A stretch of 64,000 nt of DNA from Candidatus Omnitrophota bacterium (GTDB taxonomy: Bacteria; Omnitrophota; Gorgyraeia; JAHJTE01): NCBI GenBank assembly GCA_018830005.1, contig JAHJTE010000003.1:71674-135673 (forward strand), given 5' to 3'. The translations under genes and the position numbers were made by a program. The notes below the pieces were generated by a model that was not told where the DNA came from, ran no database searches, and worked only from the letters and a program-made list of their open reading frames with translations. Of the stretch, positions 22,114-31,448 are shown piece after piece. Positions within the stretch are counted from its first letter, which is position 1. Each line of letters begins with the position of its first letter.

Positions 22114-23904
22114 TCATCTTCTTAGTAGTTTCTTGATTTCTATTAATTTACGCCTGGCGTGTTCCTGACCGGTTTTTATAAACAGCCTTGCTTTGTAAAA
22201 CTCATACCAATCTGCAAGCTTAGGAATGGGATGAATATATACGTCAGCTTGCTGGCGAGAGTTTATTGCCATACTATATTCCATGGCGTGGAAACTATTT
22301 ACAATGATATTATAGATATTAAGCCTCTTCTGCTCTAAGCGCACTATATCATGAGGCGAAGGCAATGTGTTAACAGCAATAATCCTTTTTATGCCTATTT
22401 TGGATAAGACACTCACAGGAAGAGGATTGACAATACCACCATCTACAAGCTGGATATCAGAGTTATATCTTACTGGCTCAAATACACCGGGTATGGCAAT
22501 GCTTGCCATAACTGCATCTAGGAGCTTACCTTTATCAATAACAAACTCTCTTCTCTTCTTTATATCACAGGCTACTATTTTTAAAGGTATCTTGGTATCA
22601 GAAAATGTTTTATTCCCTAGATAAGATTTCAAGATTCTTTTTACAGCCCTGCCCTTTATAAGGCCCTTGATCGGCAACGTAGGGTCAACTAAAAGCAATG
22701 TCCTTAATTTACTCTTAAAACTTAAAAATAATTTTTCGATTTCAGAGGTGCTGAAGCCCACAGACCAGAACGAAGCAATAACTGCACCTATGCTTGTTGC
22801 TGATATGATATCTATGGGGATCTTCTCATCCTTTAATACCTTAAGAACTCCGATATGCGCAAGCCCCATTGCACCTCCGCTTCCTAAAACAAGGCCTACT
22901 GCAACTTGGGAAATCTCTCTGGCTATGCGCCTTATTGTCTTCTTATAATTTTGTCTATCTTGTGGAAGTGTGGCAAAAATATCTTTTGAAAGAATTTTAA
23001 GTTTATATGCATAAGGGGTTTCGGCATAGAATCCATCTTGCTTTAAGATTATATATGCAGACTGCTTCCTGTATTTAGCGAATAGTCTCTCTAATCTCTT
23101 AACTAAGGTAGAAACCTTAGTAAGCGAAGCCCCGTCAGAAGCGCTTAGGATATGACAAATATTTGATTGTTTAAAAATTTCAAGATTAATATCATTAACT
23201 TTACCTGAGATATCTACTAAGACATAGTGGTATTCTTCGCTGAAAGAACTTAATCTTAACGCCACATCTCCTTTATTTAATATTGAGGTGGATTTTAGTA
23301 TTAAAACATTTTTACCTGATTCTCTTCTTAGGCTCTTTGCCAGGTCCTGAACATAAGAAGATGCATTCTTGGCACTTTCTAAAGTATAGATTGCTATTAT
23401 TGTACTTTCAAAAATTTCCTTAAAGGTTTTTTGCCTGATTCTCCTGGATAAAGAACGACTTAGGAAAGAGCCGAACTTAGGCACCTTGCGTAGTATATAC
23501 TTAAAATCCTTCCTGACTATCCTTAATAGAAGACAATCATTTAATGTCCTGGCACTTACTGTATGCGGTTGGCCTGTAAGCGAAGAAATAGAGCCAAAAT
23601 AATCACCTCTTCTCACATGCTCAATTATTACATCCTGAGGCTTCCTGGTCTTGGCAGCGGCATGATAAATCTCAACCCTACCGGAAACCATACAATAGAA
23701 ATAATCAGGGGGGTCAGCTTTTTTGTAAATGATCTTACCCCTTTCAAATTCCACTAATTCTAGTTTCGAAGCTATTAACTTTTTCTCAAGGTGAGATAGA
23801 TCCAAGAACAAAGGAAGGCTATCAAGTATTGATAGTTTATTCGTTAGATACGTTGCGTCTGGCATGAGAATATTATAACCCGCAAGATAAAAAATCCCAA
23901 GCAA
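22114..23904 (-). CDS. Cyclic-nucleotide-binding domain protein fused to patatin-like phospholipase (NTE family)
   Basis: cNMP-binding region FERGKIIYKKADPPDYFYCMVSGRVEIY. Patatin motifs GSGGAMGLAHIG, TSIGA (GxSxG-like) and DGG. Confidence 0.75.
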   Translation of the reverse strand: MLGIFYLAGYNILMPDATYLTNKLSILDSLPLFLDLSHLEKKLIASKLELVEFERGKIIYKKADPPDYFYCMVSGRVEIYHAAAKTRKPQDVIIEHVRRGDYFGSISSLTGQPHTVSARTLNDCLLLRIVRKDFKYILRKVPKFGSFLSRSLSRRIRQKTFKEIFESTIIAIYTLESAKNASSYVQDLAKSLRRESGKNVLILKSTSILNKGDVALRLSSFSEEYHYVLVDISGKVNDINLEIFKQSNICHILSASDGASLTKVSTLVKRLERLFAKYRKQSAYIILKQDGFYAETPYAYKLKILSKDIFATLPQDRQNYKKTIRRIAREISQVAVGLVLGSGGAMGLAHIGVLKVLKDEKIPIDIISATSIGAVIASFWSVGFSTSEIEKLFLSFKSKLRTLLLVDPTLPIKGLIKGRAVKRILKSYLGNKTFSDTKIPLKIVACDIKKRREFVIDKGKLLDAVMASIAIPGVFEPVRYNSDIQLVDGGIVNPLPVSVLSKIGIKRIIAVNTLPSPHDIVRLEQKRLNIYNIIVNSFHAMEYSMAINSRQQADVYIHPIPKLADWYEFYKARLFIKTGQEHARRKLIEIKKLLRR

Positions 23905-23955
23905 AATTTGCTTGGGATTATCTTTCTCGCCGACTCTACCTAACTATAATTCTTT

Positions 23956-25644
23956 TCATTCAAGGGAGTCAGCTTGTTTCTGTAGCTCTATAATCTTTGT
24001 GGATACAAATTTATTAAGCTTTTTTCTTTCTATAAAACCTTCTAATCTTTTATCTTTATTAATTACCGGTAAATATTCAATATCGTATCTATTCAATATC
24101 TCCTTGACTTCAGATATCAGCGTCTCAGAAGATATACTAGCTATAACCGGTTGCATCAAATCATGAGCTAGAATAAGACCTCCTATGTCCCTTTCCAAGA
24201 ATGTCTGTTTTATCCCCTCAATGGTTATGATGCCCAACAATGTTTTATTTCTATTGATTACCGGATAATATAAATTATCGTGTTCGCTAAAGGCCCTTAA
24301 GATGTCTTCCAGTTTCATATTATCATATATCAGTGGCGGGTTTTTATCCATAAGCTCTTTAGCGCTGCTTTTCTGGATTATGTCTTCCTCTGTTATATTT
24401 AATCCCACCTCGCCAGCTTTTGTTACTGCTACCCTGACAAGTACAGGACCAATAAGCTCAAGGATAAAGGCAGTAGCGGTTATAATGATAATTATTGCAT
24501 TGCTGATTTCACCCGGAAAGTAATGGCTTGCCAAAATAGACAAACCAATCGCAACGCCTGCTTGACTTAAAAGACATAGTGGCAGATATTTTTGGACTGA
24601 TTTCGCTGCACCCGAGATAAACGCTCCGAATCTTGCACCTATAGCCTTACCCCCTGTTCTTGCAACAAGATAAACAACTCCAAGTAAGATTATGGGTGGC
24701 GTCATATGGCTTATATTGAGTTTTGCGCCCACAAGCACAAAAAAGAGAACATAGATTGGTGGAGTAAAGGCCTCGACTAATTTAAATACATCTCTGCTTT
24801 TTCGCGGCGTAAAATTAGAAACAATAACTCCCAATGTCATAGCTGCTAACAACATATCAACGTGTATTGCTATAGCCAAACCTGAAACAAGCAGTACTGT
24901 GCCGATAGAAAATGCAAGCAGTCTTGCATCCTCAGAATACTTTTTTAACAGCCTATTAAGAATTAACCCTGCAAAACCCCCTATTGTTATAGACATGCCA
25001 ATTTCATATAAAGGATTTATAAATATTCTGGAAAAACCGCTGTGGACATTGCCGATTAAACTACCCGCAACACTTGAGGCAATAGCAAAAAGCAAAAGTG
25101 CCAAACCATCATCTAAAGCAACAATGCCTAATACAGTCCTGGTCAAAGGTCCTCGTGTTTTATATTCTCGTAAAACTTCAGTAGTAGCGGCAGGAGCTGT
25201 AGCTGATGCAATTGAGCCTAATAACAAACCAAGCGCCCATGCAAACCTCCAATCTCCGAATAATAGCGTTCCTATCACACCTACCAATATAGAAACCGCT
25301 AAAAAAGCAGCAATACCTTCAAAAAGTAGAATATTTATCAGCTGCTTTCCATATTTAGTTAGGACCTCTCTCTTTAATTCTCCTCCAATCATAAAGCCGA
25401 TTAATCCCAAAGCAAAATAATTAAAGGGCTCTAAGGATTTAATTACGTCATGCTCTATTAACCTTAGGCCCGACTCACCAATAATAATACCTATGGCAAT
25501 ATAACCTACTACTTGCGGAATGCGTAATTTCTGAAAAAGACGACCCCCCACAGTGCCGCCAAATAATGCCAATCCCAAAAGAAACAATACATTTAAATGG
25601 GAAATAGATATTTTGGTCAAAATATACTCTATCTGTTCAAGCAT
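23956..25644 (-). CDS. Cation:proton antiporter (CPA family) with C-terminal CBS domain pair
   Basis: ~12 TM helices followed by two CBS-like repeats (YPVINRNKTLLGIITIEG; YLPVINKDKRLEGFIERKKL). Confidence 0.75.
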   Translation of the reverse strand: MLEQIEYILTKISISHLNVLFLLGLALFGGTVGGRLFQKLRIPQVVGYIAIGIIIGESGLRLIEHDVIKSLEPFNYFALGLIGFMIGGELKREVLTKYGKQLINILLFEGIAAFLAVSILVGVIGTLLFGDWRFAWALGLLLGSIASATAPAATTEVLREYKTRGPLTRTVLGIVALDDGLALLLFAIASSVAGSLIGNVHSGFSRIFINPLYEIGMSITIGGFAGLILNRLLKKYSEDARLLAFSIGTVLLVSGLAIAIHVDMLLAAMTLGVIVSNFTPRKSRDVFKLVEAFTPPIYVLFFVLVGAKLNISHMTPPIILLGVVYLVARTGGKAIGARFGAFISGAAKSVQKYLPLCLLSQAGVAIGLSILASHYFPGEISNAIIIIITATAFILELIGPVLVRVAVTKAGEVGLNITEEDIIQKSSAKELMDKNPPLIYDNMKLEDILRAFSEHDNLYYPVINRNKTLLGIITIEGIKQTFLERDIGGLILAHDLMQPVIASISSETLISEVKEILNRYDIEYLPVINKDKRLEGFIERKKLNKFVSTKIIELQKQADSLE

Positions 25645-25654
25645 ACAACACCTT

Positions 25655-25688
25655 CTTAAAAATAAAAACCCCTACTAAAATAGTAGGA
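25655..25688 (-). terminator. Intrinsic terminator-like hairpin
   Basis: Minus strand reads CCUACUAUUUUAGUAGGGG followed by UUUUUAUUUUU. Confidence 0.45.
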
Positions 25689-25846
25689 GTTATCAACCCA
25701 AGGTAGTTATCTTAGGGCGGACTCCTTTACCTTTATATAAATATGTTACTCCCGACTTAAACTTAAGTCAATTAAAAAAATATCCCAGCTCTACTCACAA
25801 CAGGAGATGGATTTAAATTTCCCTGAAAACCCATGCTAAACAAATA

Positions 25847-26656
25847 TCATTTAAGGACTTCCAGCATCTGCTTATGAATCTTGCCATTAGAGGCCACAAT
25901 AAAAGATTTCTCTATATTAACGCCTTGGCCGTCTCTTCCAGTAACCTTACCACCTGCCTCCTCCACAATGAGCTTTCCTGCCGCAAAATCCCAGGGGCTT
26001 AAAATGAATTCCCAAAAACCAGATGCCCTACCGCAGGCAATATAACAAAGGTCTAGGGCAGCTGAACCGAATCTTCTTAAGCCCACGATATTTTTAAGAA
26101 AAAATCGCTTTATATTTTCTAGATTCTCAATCATCTGTCTGCCTCTATCATAATAAAATCCAGTAATAAGTAGTGCTTCCTCTAATTTATCCGCATCTGT
26201 TACGCTGATTTTTTTGCCATTTAGATATGCACCGCGATTACGCTGGGCAAAGAAGAGTTCGTCATGCACTACATCATAGACAACGCCTAGGACTATCCTA
26301 TCTCTCTTTGCTAATGCAATAGAAACACAAAAAATAGGTAATCCGTGAGAAAAATTATTCGTGCCATCAAGGGGATCTATGATCCATGTGTATTCTGAAT
26401 CCGTCCTTTTATATTTATTCTCTTCTGCTAGGAAATTATGTCCGAGAAAATAATCCCTGATTAGGGAAACGATTTTCTTCTCAGATTCAATATCTGCAAT
26501 CGTAACCCGGTCAAAGCTCGTTGACTTTGTTCTAATTTCTATATTCTTAGTGAAATATTTCTTATGGATCTTGCCTGCTTGCCTAGCTGCCTCTATCGCT
26601 ACCTTTGCAAATTTATCCTTATTCATAGCCGGCAACTTTCCCTTATATGATCTCAA
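25847..26656 (-). CDS. suhB: Inositol monophosphatase family protein
   Basis: [12 protein letters not shown] and FEFILSPWD IMPase motifs. Confidence 0.8.
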   Translation of the reverse strand: MRSYKGKLPAMNKDKFAKVAIEAARQAGKIHKKYFTKNIEIRTKSTSFDRVTIADIESEKKIVSLIRDYFLGHNFLAEENKYKRTDSEYTWIIDPLDGTNNFSHGLPIFCVSIALAKRDRIVLGVVYDVVHDELFFAQRNRGAYLNGKKISVTDADKLEEALLITGFYYDRGRQMIENLENIKRFFLKNIVGLRRFGSAALDLCYIACGRASGFWEFILSPWDFAAGKLIVEEAGGKVTGRDGQGVNIEKSFIVASNGKIHKQMLEVLK

Positions 26657-27612
26657 GTTAAGACAGTTTGCAATAAATTAAACAGATATCCTGTAAAAAT
26701 AATCGCCAAAGTTACAATTGCAAAAAATATAGCTATTAACTTCAATTTCATGGCCCTTCTTAGCATAACCGCCTCCGGAAAACTCAAAGCAGCTACTGCC
26801 ATCATAAATGCTAATGTTGTTCCTAAGGGAATTCCTTTTTTAAACAAGACTACGGCAATTGGGACTATTGCAGCGCAACTTCCATACATCGGCACCCCCA
26901 AGACTGTTGCAATTGGAACTGAGAATATCCCTGTCTTGGCTATTATTGACTGGATCGTCTCTTGCGGGACATAATTATGTATTAATGCTCCTATGCCTAC
27001 AGCTATTAATATCCAAAACCATAACTTCTTAATGATTGACTTAGTCTCATCTATTGCAAAGGAGATCCTAGCTCTTAGGCCTTGATAGTTATTCTTATCA
27101 GCTAATTCTACATCCTGAGAAAACATATCCTGAACAAGCTGAGTTTCTAAATTCATCCTGCCTAATATTAACCCTGCTAGCGTGCCTATCAAAATTCCGC
27201 TTATCACATAAAGAAGAGTGATTTTCCAGCCAAAAAAACCAAGCATTAGAACTGCTAAGTATTCATTGAGTAAAGGAGAGGTAATAAGAAATGAAAAGGC
27301 GATTCCCAGAGGAATGCCTGCTTTTAGGAAACTCAAAAAAATCGGGATAGATGAACAGGAACAAAAAGGCGTTATAGCTCCAAAGATTGAGGCAAATAGA
27401 TTCCCGAATCCTCTTTTGGCAACAATCCAGTTCCTCACCTTATAGGCAGGTATGTAAGTCCTCAAGAAAGCAATAACTGAAATCATCACAGAAAGCAATA
27501 ATGTAATCTTTACTGAATCGTAAATAAAGAAGTTAAGAGAATTGATCAATTTAGATTCGGGATTTAATCTAAATAACGAATAGACTAGCCAATCAACAAT
27601 TAACTGCAGCAT
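26653..27612 (-). CDS. DUF318/UPF0718-type permease with conserved CxC motif
   Basis: Multi-TM protein with the [10 protein letters not shown] motif characteristic of the predicted-permease family. The ATGA overlap with suhB indicates translational coupling. Confidence 0.6.
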   Translation of the reverse strand: MLQLIVDWLVYSLFRLNPESKLINSLNFFIYDSVKITLLLSVMISVIAFLRTYIPAYKVRNWIVAKRGFGNLFASIFGAITPFCSCSSIPIFLSFLKAGIPLGIAFSFLITSPLLNEYLAVLMLGFFGWKITLLYVISGILIGTLAGLILGRMNLETQLVQDMFSQDVELADKNNYQGLRARISFAIDETKSIIKKLWFWILIAVGIGALIHNYVPQETIQSIIAKTGIFSVPIATVLGVPMYGSCAAIVPIAVVLFKKGIPLGTTLAFMMAVAALSFPEAVMLRRAMKLKLIAIFFAIVTLAIIFTGYLFNLLQTVLT

Positions 27613-27746
27613 GAGTTACCTTTTGCATTGTCTTTAGACGAACAGCAAGGAGTTTCTTTCGCCTTTTTCTCTAATTTTTTGTCAAGCGCTTCAGTTTTAT
27701 CTTTGAAAAAATTATTGATTTTCTCAAATAGTTTATTTTTTTTCAT
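27600..27746 (-). CDS. Unannotated 48-aa Cys-pair peptide (CC-x10-CC) translationally coupled to the DUF318 permease
   Basis: Manual translation gives [48 protein letters not shown]. Its stop overlaps the permease start (ATG at 27612). The RBS-like GGAGGATG is immediately upstream. Confidence 0.4.
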   Translation of the reverse strand: MKKNKLFEKINNFFKDKTEALDKKLEKKAKETPCCSSKDNAKGNSCCS

Positions 27747-27795
27747 ACATCCTCCTTTTTGTTAACGTTTCTTACAGCAGCCGCAATCAGGGCTG

Positions 27796-28515
27796 TTAAA
27801 TTAGACTTGGTCCAATTTTCTCTTGTACGATATCTCTAAGATGGGCGAAATCGGCGGGTTTGAAATCTTCTGTATTAACTGCAGGAAGCACCTTTAACTC
27901 AGCGGATACCTTTGTTTTGAAAATCCAGCTTCCTTTAGTGATGGCTTCTCTGGTGCCGCTTATACAGATGGGGAGAATAGGTTTATGTTCTTTTATAGCA
28001 AGCTTAAAAGCCCCGTTCTGGAACTTGTTCATCTCATCTGTTTGACTACGGGTACCTTCTGGAAAAAACAATACTGACATGTCTTTCTGAAGCCAACGGG
28101 CAGCTTCTCTATAAACCTTCTTAATGCTCCCGAACTTCCCCCTGGAAAGCTTGATGTGCTTTATAAGGGAAAGGTTCCATCCCACAAACGGTACTTTAAA
28201 GAGGCTTTCTTTCGCCACCCACTTGAATTGCATATGGGTCTTATATAACACTACAATGTCGGCCAGGCTTTGGTGATTAGCAACTACTACATATGTTTTG
28301 CGTGGATCAATATTTTCCAAACCGCTTACGCGAATATTCCAATACGGATTCAAGCCTATTACGGCATCCGCCCACCAGAAACACTGCGCATGAGCAAATT
28401 TCCTTTTTTTATCAAAAGGTAGAGATATAACTACTGCAAAGAACACTACAAAAAAAAGAAGAATTGTTATTATAGCAGTAATTACCCATATTGTTATTGA
28501 TAGCAAGGCCTTCAT
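27796..28515 (-). CDS. plsC: 1-acyl-sn-glycerol-3-phosphate acyltransferase
   Basis: VVANHQSLADIVVL (HX4D-type) and FPEGTRS motifs. N-terminal TM anchor. Confidence 0.8.
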   Translation of the reverse strand: MKALLSITIWVITAIITILLFFVVFFAVVISLPFDKKRKFAHAQCFWWADAVIGLNPYWNIRVSGLENIDPRKTYVVVANHQSLADIVVLYKTHMQFKWVAKESLFKVPFVGWNLSLIKHIKLSRGKFGSIKKVYREAARWLQKDMSVLFFPEGTRSQTDEMNKFQNGAFKLAIKEHKPILPICISGTREAITKGSWIFKTKVSAELKVLPAVNTEDFKPADFAHLRDIVQEKIGPSLI

Positions 28516-28561
28516 ATGATATTCCTATTTTCTAATCCTTCCTATTGATTTTATAACAAAA

Positions 28562-28600
28562 CCCACTGCAATATATTATATCACAGTGGGCTCTATAAAA
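28562..28600 (-). terminator. Intrinsic terminator of thi4
   Basis: Minus strand reads CCCACUGUGAUAUAAUAUAUUGCAGUGGG followed by UUUUGUUAU. Confidence 0.55.
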
Positions 28601-28611
28601 TAAGAGGAAAT

Positions 28612-29430
28612 CTAAACAGTAATTTCTTCTTTCGCCTGTGAAAATTCTTTTTCCGTGCTACTGGAGAGAAATTGTATGGCTATCTCTGCAGCCTTTTTGC
28701 CTGAAAATAGCATACCGCCAAAAGTCGGTCCCATACGCGGTATTCCATAAGCAGTCGAAACAGCCATGCCGCTCACAATCAAGCCAGGATATATCTGATT
28801 TGTATTTTCTACAACTAAATCTTCCGAAGAATTAACATCCATAGGCCCAAATCCTTCTAATTTCAAAAGTTTTCTCTTTTCTAGGGCGCGGCAAACGCAC
28901 GCATCATGACCAGTGGCATCAATAACGACTTTAGACTCTAAAGAAATAGGATCAACACATGTAATTTGTCTAGGCAGAGCTGACACGGGTGTCCAATTTA
29001 TAACTACGCCCTCCACTCTTTTATTACGGTAAACCACATCATCAAATTTAGTCATATTTAAGATTTTGACTCCTGCATCACAAGCGCTGGATATAAGTTT
29101 TGAGCAGGCATTTGGTCCATCAGCAGTAAATAAGCCTTCTTCTGCCTGCTTGTATGGAACCTTGAGCTCATCTAGAATACTTTGAGCCGGCGCCCGGAAG
29201 GTAAGTGTATTCATTAAATACCCACCAATCCAAAAACCGCCACCTAAATAGTTATTGGCCTCAATAACTAATGTCTTAAATCCGCTTCTGGCTAAATCTC
29301 TAGCTGCTATAAGTCCGCTGGGACCACCGCCAACAACTATCGCGTCTGAAATAATGTACTCATCTAACCACTTGCTAAACTCTCCTAAAATCGCCCTGCT
29401 TATTTTTGCCTCACTAACCTTTTGGAACAT
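28612..29430 (-). CDS. thi4: Thiazole synthase Thi4 family (sulfide-dependent thiazole biosynthesis)
   Basis: DAIVVGGGPSGLIAARDLARSG FAD/NAD fold, Thi4-like core, and CVDPIS. Preceded by a TPP riboswitch. Confidence 0.8.
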   Translation of the reverse strand: MFQKVSEAKISRAILGEFSKWLDEYIISDAIVVGGGPSGLIAARDLARSGFKTLVIEANNYLGGGFWIGGYLMNTLTFRAPAQSILDELKVPYKQAEEGLFTADGPNACSKLISSACDAGVKILNMTKFDDVVYRNKRVEGVVINWTPVSALPRQITCVDPISLESKVVIDATGHDACVCRALEKRKLLKLEGFGPMDVNSSEDLVVENTNQIYPGLIVSGMAVSTAYGIPRMGPTFGGMLFSGKKAAEIAIQFLSSSTEKEFSQAKEEITV

Positions 29431-29445
29431 ATCTGCACCTCCCTT

Positions 29446-29480
29446 TAAAATAAAAAACCCTATGCCAACACATAGGGTTA
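29446..29480 (-). terminator. Riboswitch expression-platform terminator
   Basis: Minus strand reads AACCCUAUGUGUUGGCAUAGGGUU followed by UUUUUUAUUUU, 15 nt upstream of the thi4 RBS (AAGGGAGG). Confidence 0.7.
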
Positions 29481-29500
29481 AGTTTAAAACATCATCATCT

Positions 29501-29585
29501 TCCCTCCGCTGGCATTATCCAGATCAGGTTCATTGGGTCATCTGCTTAAAAGCAGAACTCTCAGATCGTTACACGACCTCCCCAT
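29501..29585 (-). promoter_or_regulatory. TPP (THI-box) riboswitch
   Basis: Minus strand reads GGGGAGGUCGUGUAACGAUCUGAGAGUUCUGC...UGACCCAAUGAACCUGAUCUGGAUAAUGCCAGCGGAGGGA. This matches the conserved CUGAGA and ACCUGAUCUGGAUAAUGCCAGCG...GGGA THI-element cores. Confidence 0.85.
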
Positions 29586-29724
29586 TGTCAATTATATTAA
29601 ATCACTATTTTCCTCTTTTGTCAATAATACATTAAATTCTCCAAATTATAGTCCTCGCTCCTGCCCCAAGGCTATGATTTTCCTAACTGGTTAGGAAGCC
29701 TTAAGGAATACTGCTTTAAAAAAA

Positions 29725-30108
29725 CTAATGACAACTGTGGTCAATGCAGGCATTCTCAACAGTAATTTCTTCTAGTCTGCCTTCTTTATATCTCTTAATT
29801 ATTTCCTCTACTGTTTCAGCGCGTACCCTATAAACACTAATACCACCCTCATTAAGTTTTGAGACGGCTCTTGCTCCCATTCCAGCGCAGACTACTGCAT
29901 CAATACCCTTTTTATCTAATGCCTTTAGGGGATGACACATCCCGTGCATATGATGATTATCGCTATTATTAATGATCTCAAAGGTATTTTTGTCTGTATC
30001 GTAGATTAGAAAATAAGGTGCACTTCCAAAATGAGCATTAACTTTTGCCTTAATACCTTCTTTTGTTTCTATAGGAATGCAAATCTTCATCTTTGGCCCC
30101 TCCAACAT
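29725..30108 (-). CDS. NifB/NifX-like dinitrogenase FeMo-cofactor binding domain protein (MTH1175-like)
   Basis: ~125-aa protein with KICIPIETKEGIKAKVNAHFGSAPYFLIYD and AVVCAGMGARA motifs typical of the family. Confidence 0.65.
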   Translation of the reverse strand: MLEGPKMKICIPIETKEGIKAKVNAHFGSAPYFLIYDTDKNTFEIINNSDNHHMHGMCHPLKALDKKGIDAVVCAGMGARAVSKLNEGGISVYRVRAETVEEIIKRYKEGRLEEITVENACIDHSCH

Positions 30109-30572
30109 CTACCCCTTCCACCACCAAAACCACCTGCTCCTGCCCGACCTCTGCCTTGTGGCGCTCTATGGATATTTAGGCTCCTACACTTAGGGCATTC
30201 ATTTGGTCTGCCAGAGCCATAGGCTAGACTCCACTCATTCTCGCAATCATAACAGGTAAAATGTTTTTCCATCATTTTAACAACACCTCCTTCTATTTTT
30301 AATGCCTTGCTATTAACTAACGCATCTGCAATCTTTTTATGTGCAGAAATAACTATATTCCCGAAGGTTTGCCTTGAGACATTCATCTTTTTAGCAGCAT
30401 CTTCCTGATAATTGCCTTCTAAATCGGCAAGTCTTATTGCCTCAAGTTCATCCATGGTTAAATCAATTTCATCTAATAAATCAGCGGGTATACCTCTGGG
30501 TTTAAAATAATTTGCATCTGGCCTGCAACGAACCCTGCGGCATCTAAATGGTCTTGGCATTTCAGCCTCCAA
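30087..30572 (-). CDS. DUF134/UPF0251 DNA-binding protein fused to C-terminal zinc ribbon and Gly/Arg-rich tail
   Basis: MPRPFRCRRV...YFKPRGIP...LTMDELEAIRLADLEGNYQEDAAKKMNVSRQTFGNI matches the UPF0251 sigma-region-4-like fold. It is followed by CYDC...CPKC and a GRGRAGAGGFGGGRGR tail. Confidence 0.6.
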   Translation of the reverse strand: MEAEMPRPFRCRRVRCRPDANYFKPRGIPADLLDEIDLTMDELEAIRLADLEGNYQEDAAKKMNVSRQTFGNIVISAHKKIADALVNSKALKIEGGVVKMMEKHFTCYDCENEWSLAYGSGRPNECPKCRSLNIHRAPQGRGRAGAGGFGGGRGRCWRGQR

Positions 30573-30720
30573 TAGTTATTGGCATATGCTAATTATAAAA
30601 TAACATATTCCGTTAGACTTGTCAAGTCCCCTGCAAACAATAACCCTCTGCAGCTAAATACATTGCAGAGGGTTATTGGAAAGTGTTTTTTAGACTATTT
30701 CTAAAGAAGATCTTACTTTT

Positions 30721-31446
30721 TTATAAAATTGAATTCGGCATCTCAAGGCCGTGACTTTCCAGTAAAGATTTGTTTCTAAGAATGTCTCTGGTATTGCCTG
30801 TCGCAACTATCTTTCCCTTATCAAGCAGCGCGAGTCTTGAGCAGATTTGTAATACTAAATCTAAATCGTGCGTCACAATAATTTTTGTAAGCTTTAATTG
30901 TTTAAGAAAATTTATCAAGTTGCGCCTATGCCTTGGGTCTAAATTACTACTTGGCTCATCTAAGACAAGGATTTCTGGCTTCATTGATAATACTGTAGCA
31001 ATAGAAACGCTTTTCTTCTCGCCAAAACTTAAGTGGTGTGATGGACGCTGCATAACCTTAAGCATATCTACTTCCCTTAAGGCCTCCTTCACAGATAATT
31101 CCACTTCATTTTTTGGCAATGCCATATTAATAGGTCCAAAGGCAACGTCATCAAAAACCGTCGGCATAAAAAGCTGATTGTCTGGATCCTGAAAAACCAA
31201 TCCTACTTTTCTCCTAATTTTAGCCAGACTCCTGTCATTTACCTCTAGGCCAAATATTTTGATACGGCTATTTCCTCTTAAAATTCCATTTAAATGGAGT
31301 AAGAGAGTAGATTTGCCTGCACCATTAGGCCCAATAATCCCAACGGCCTCTTCTGTAAAAACATCTAGGCTTATATCAGATAAAGCCTCTGTCCCATCAG
31401 GATAAGAGTAATTCAAATTCTTAATCTCGATTACCTTTTTAGTCAT
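30721..31446 (-). CDS. nikO: ECF/CbiO-type ABC ATPase of nickel/cobalt transporter
   Basis: Walker A GPNGAGKST, signature LSFGEKKSVSIA, Walker B ILVLDEPSSNLD. Last gene of the nikM operon. Confidence 0.85.
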   Translation of the reverse strand: MTKKVIEIKNLNYSYPDGTEALSDISLDVFTEEAVGIIGPNGAGKSTLLLHLNGILRGNSRIKIFGLEVNDRSLAKIRRKVGLVFQDPDNQLFMPTVFDDVAFGPINMALPKNEVELSVKEALREVDMLKVMQRPSHHLSFGEKKSVSIATVLSMKPEILVLDEPSSNLDPRHRRNLINFLKQLKLTKIIVTHDLDLVLQICSRLALLDKGKIVATGNTRDILRNKSLLESHGLEMPNSIL

Positions 31447-31448
31447 TT

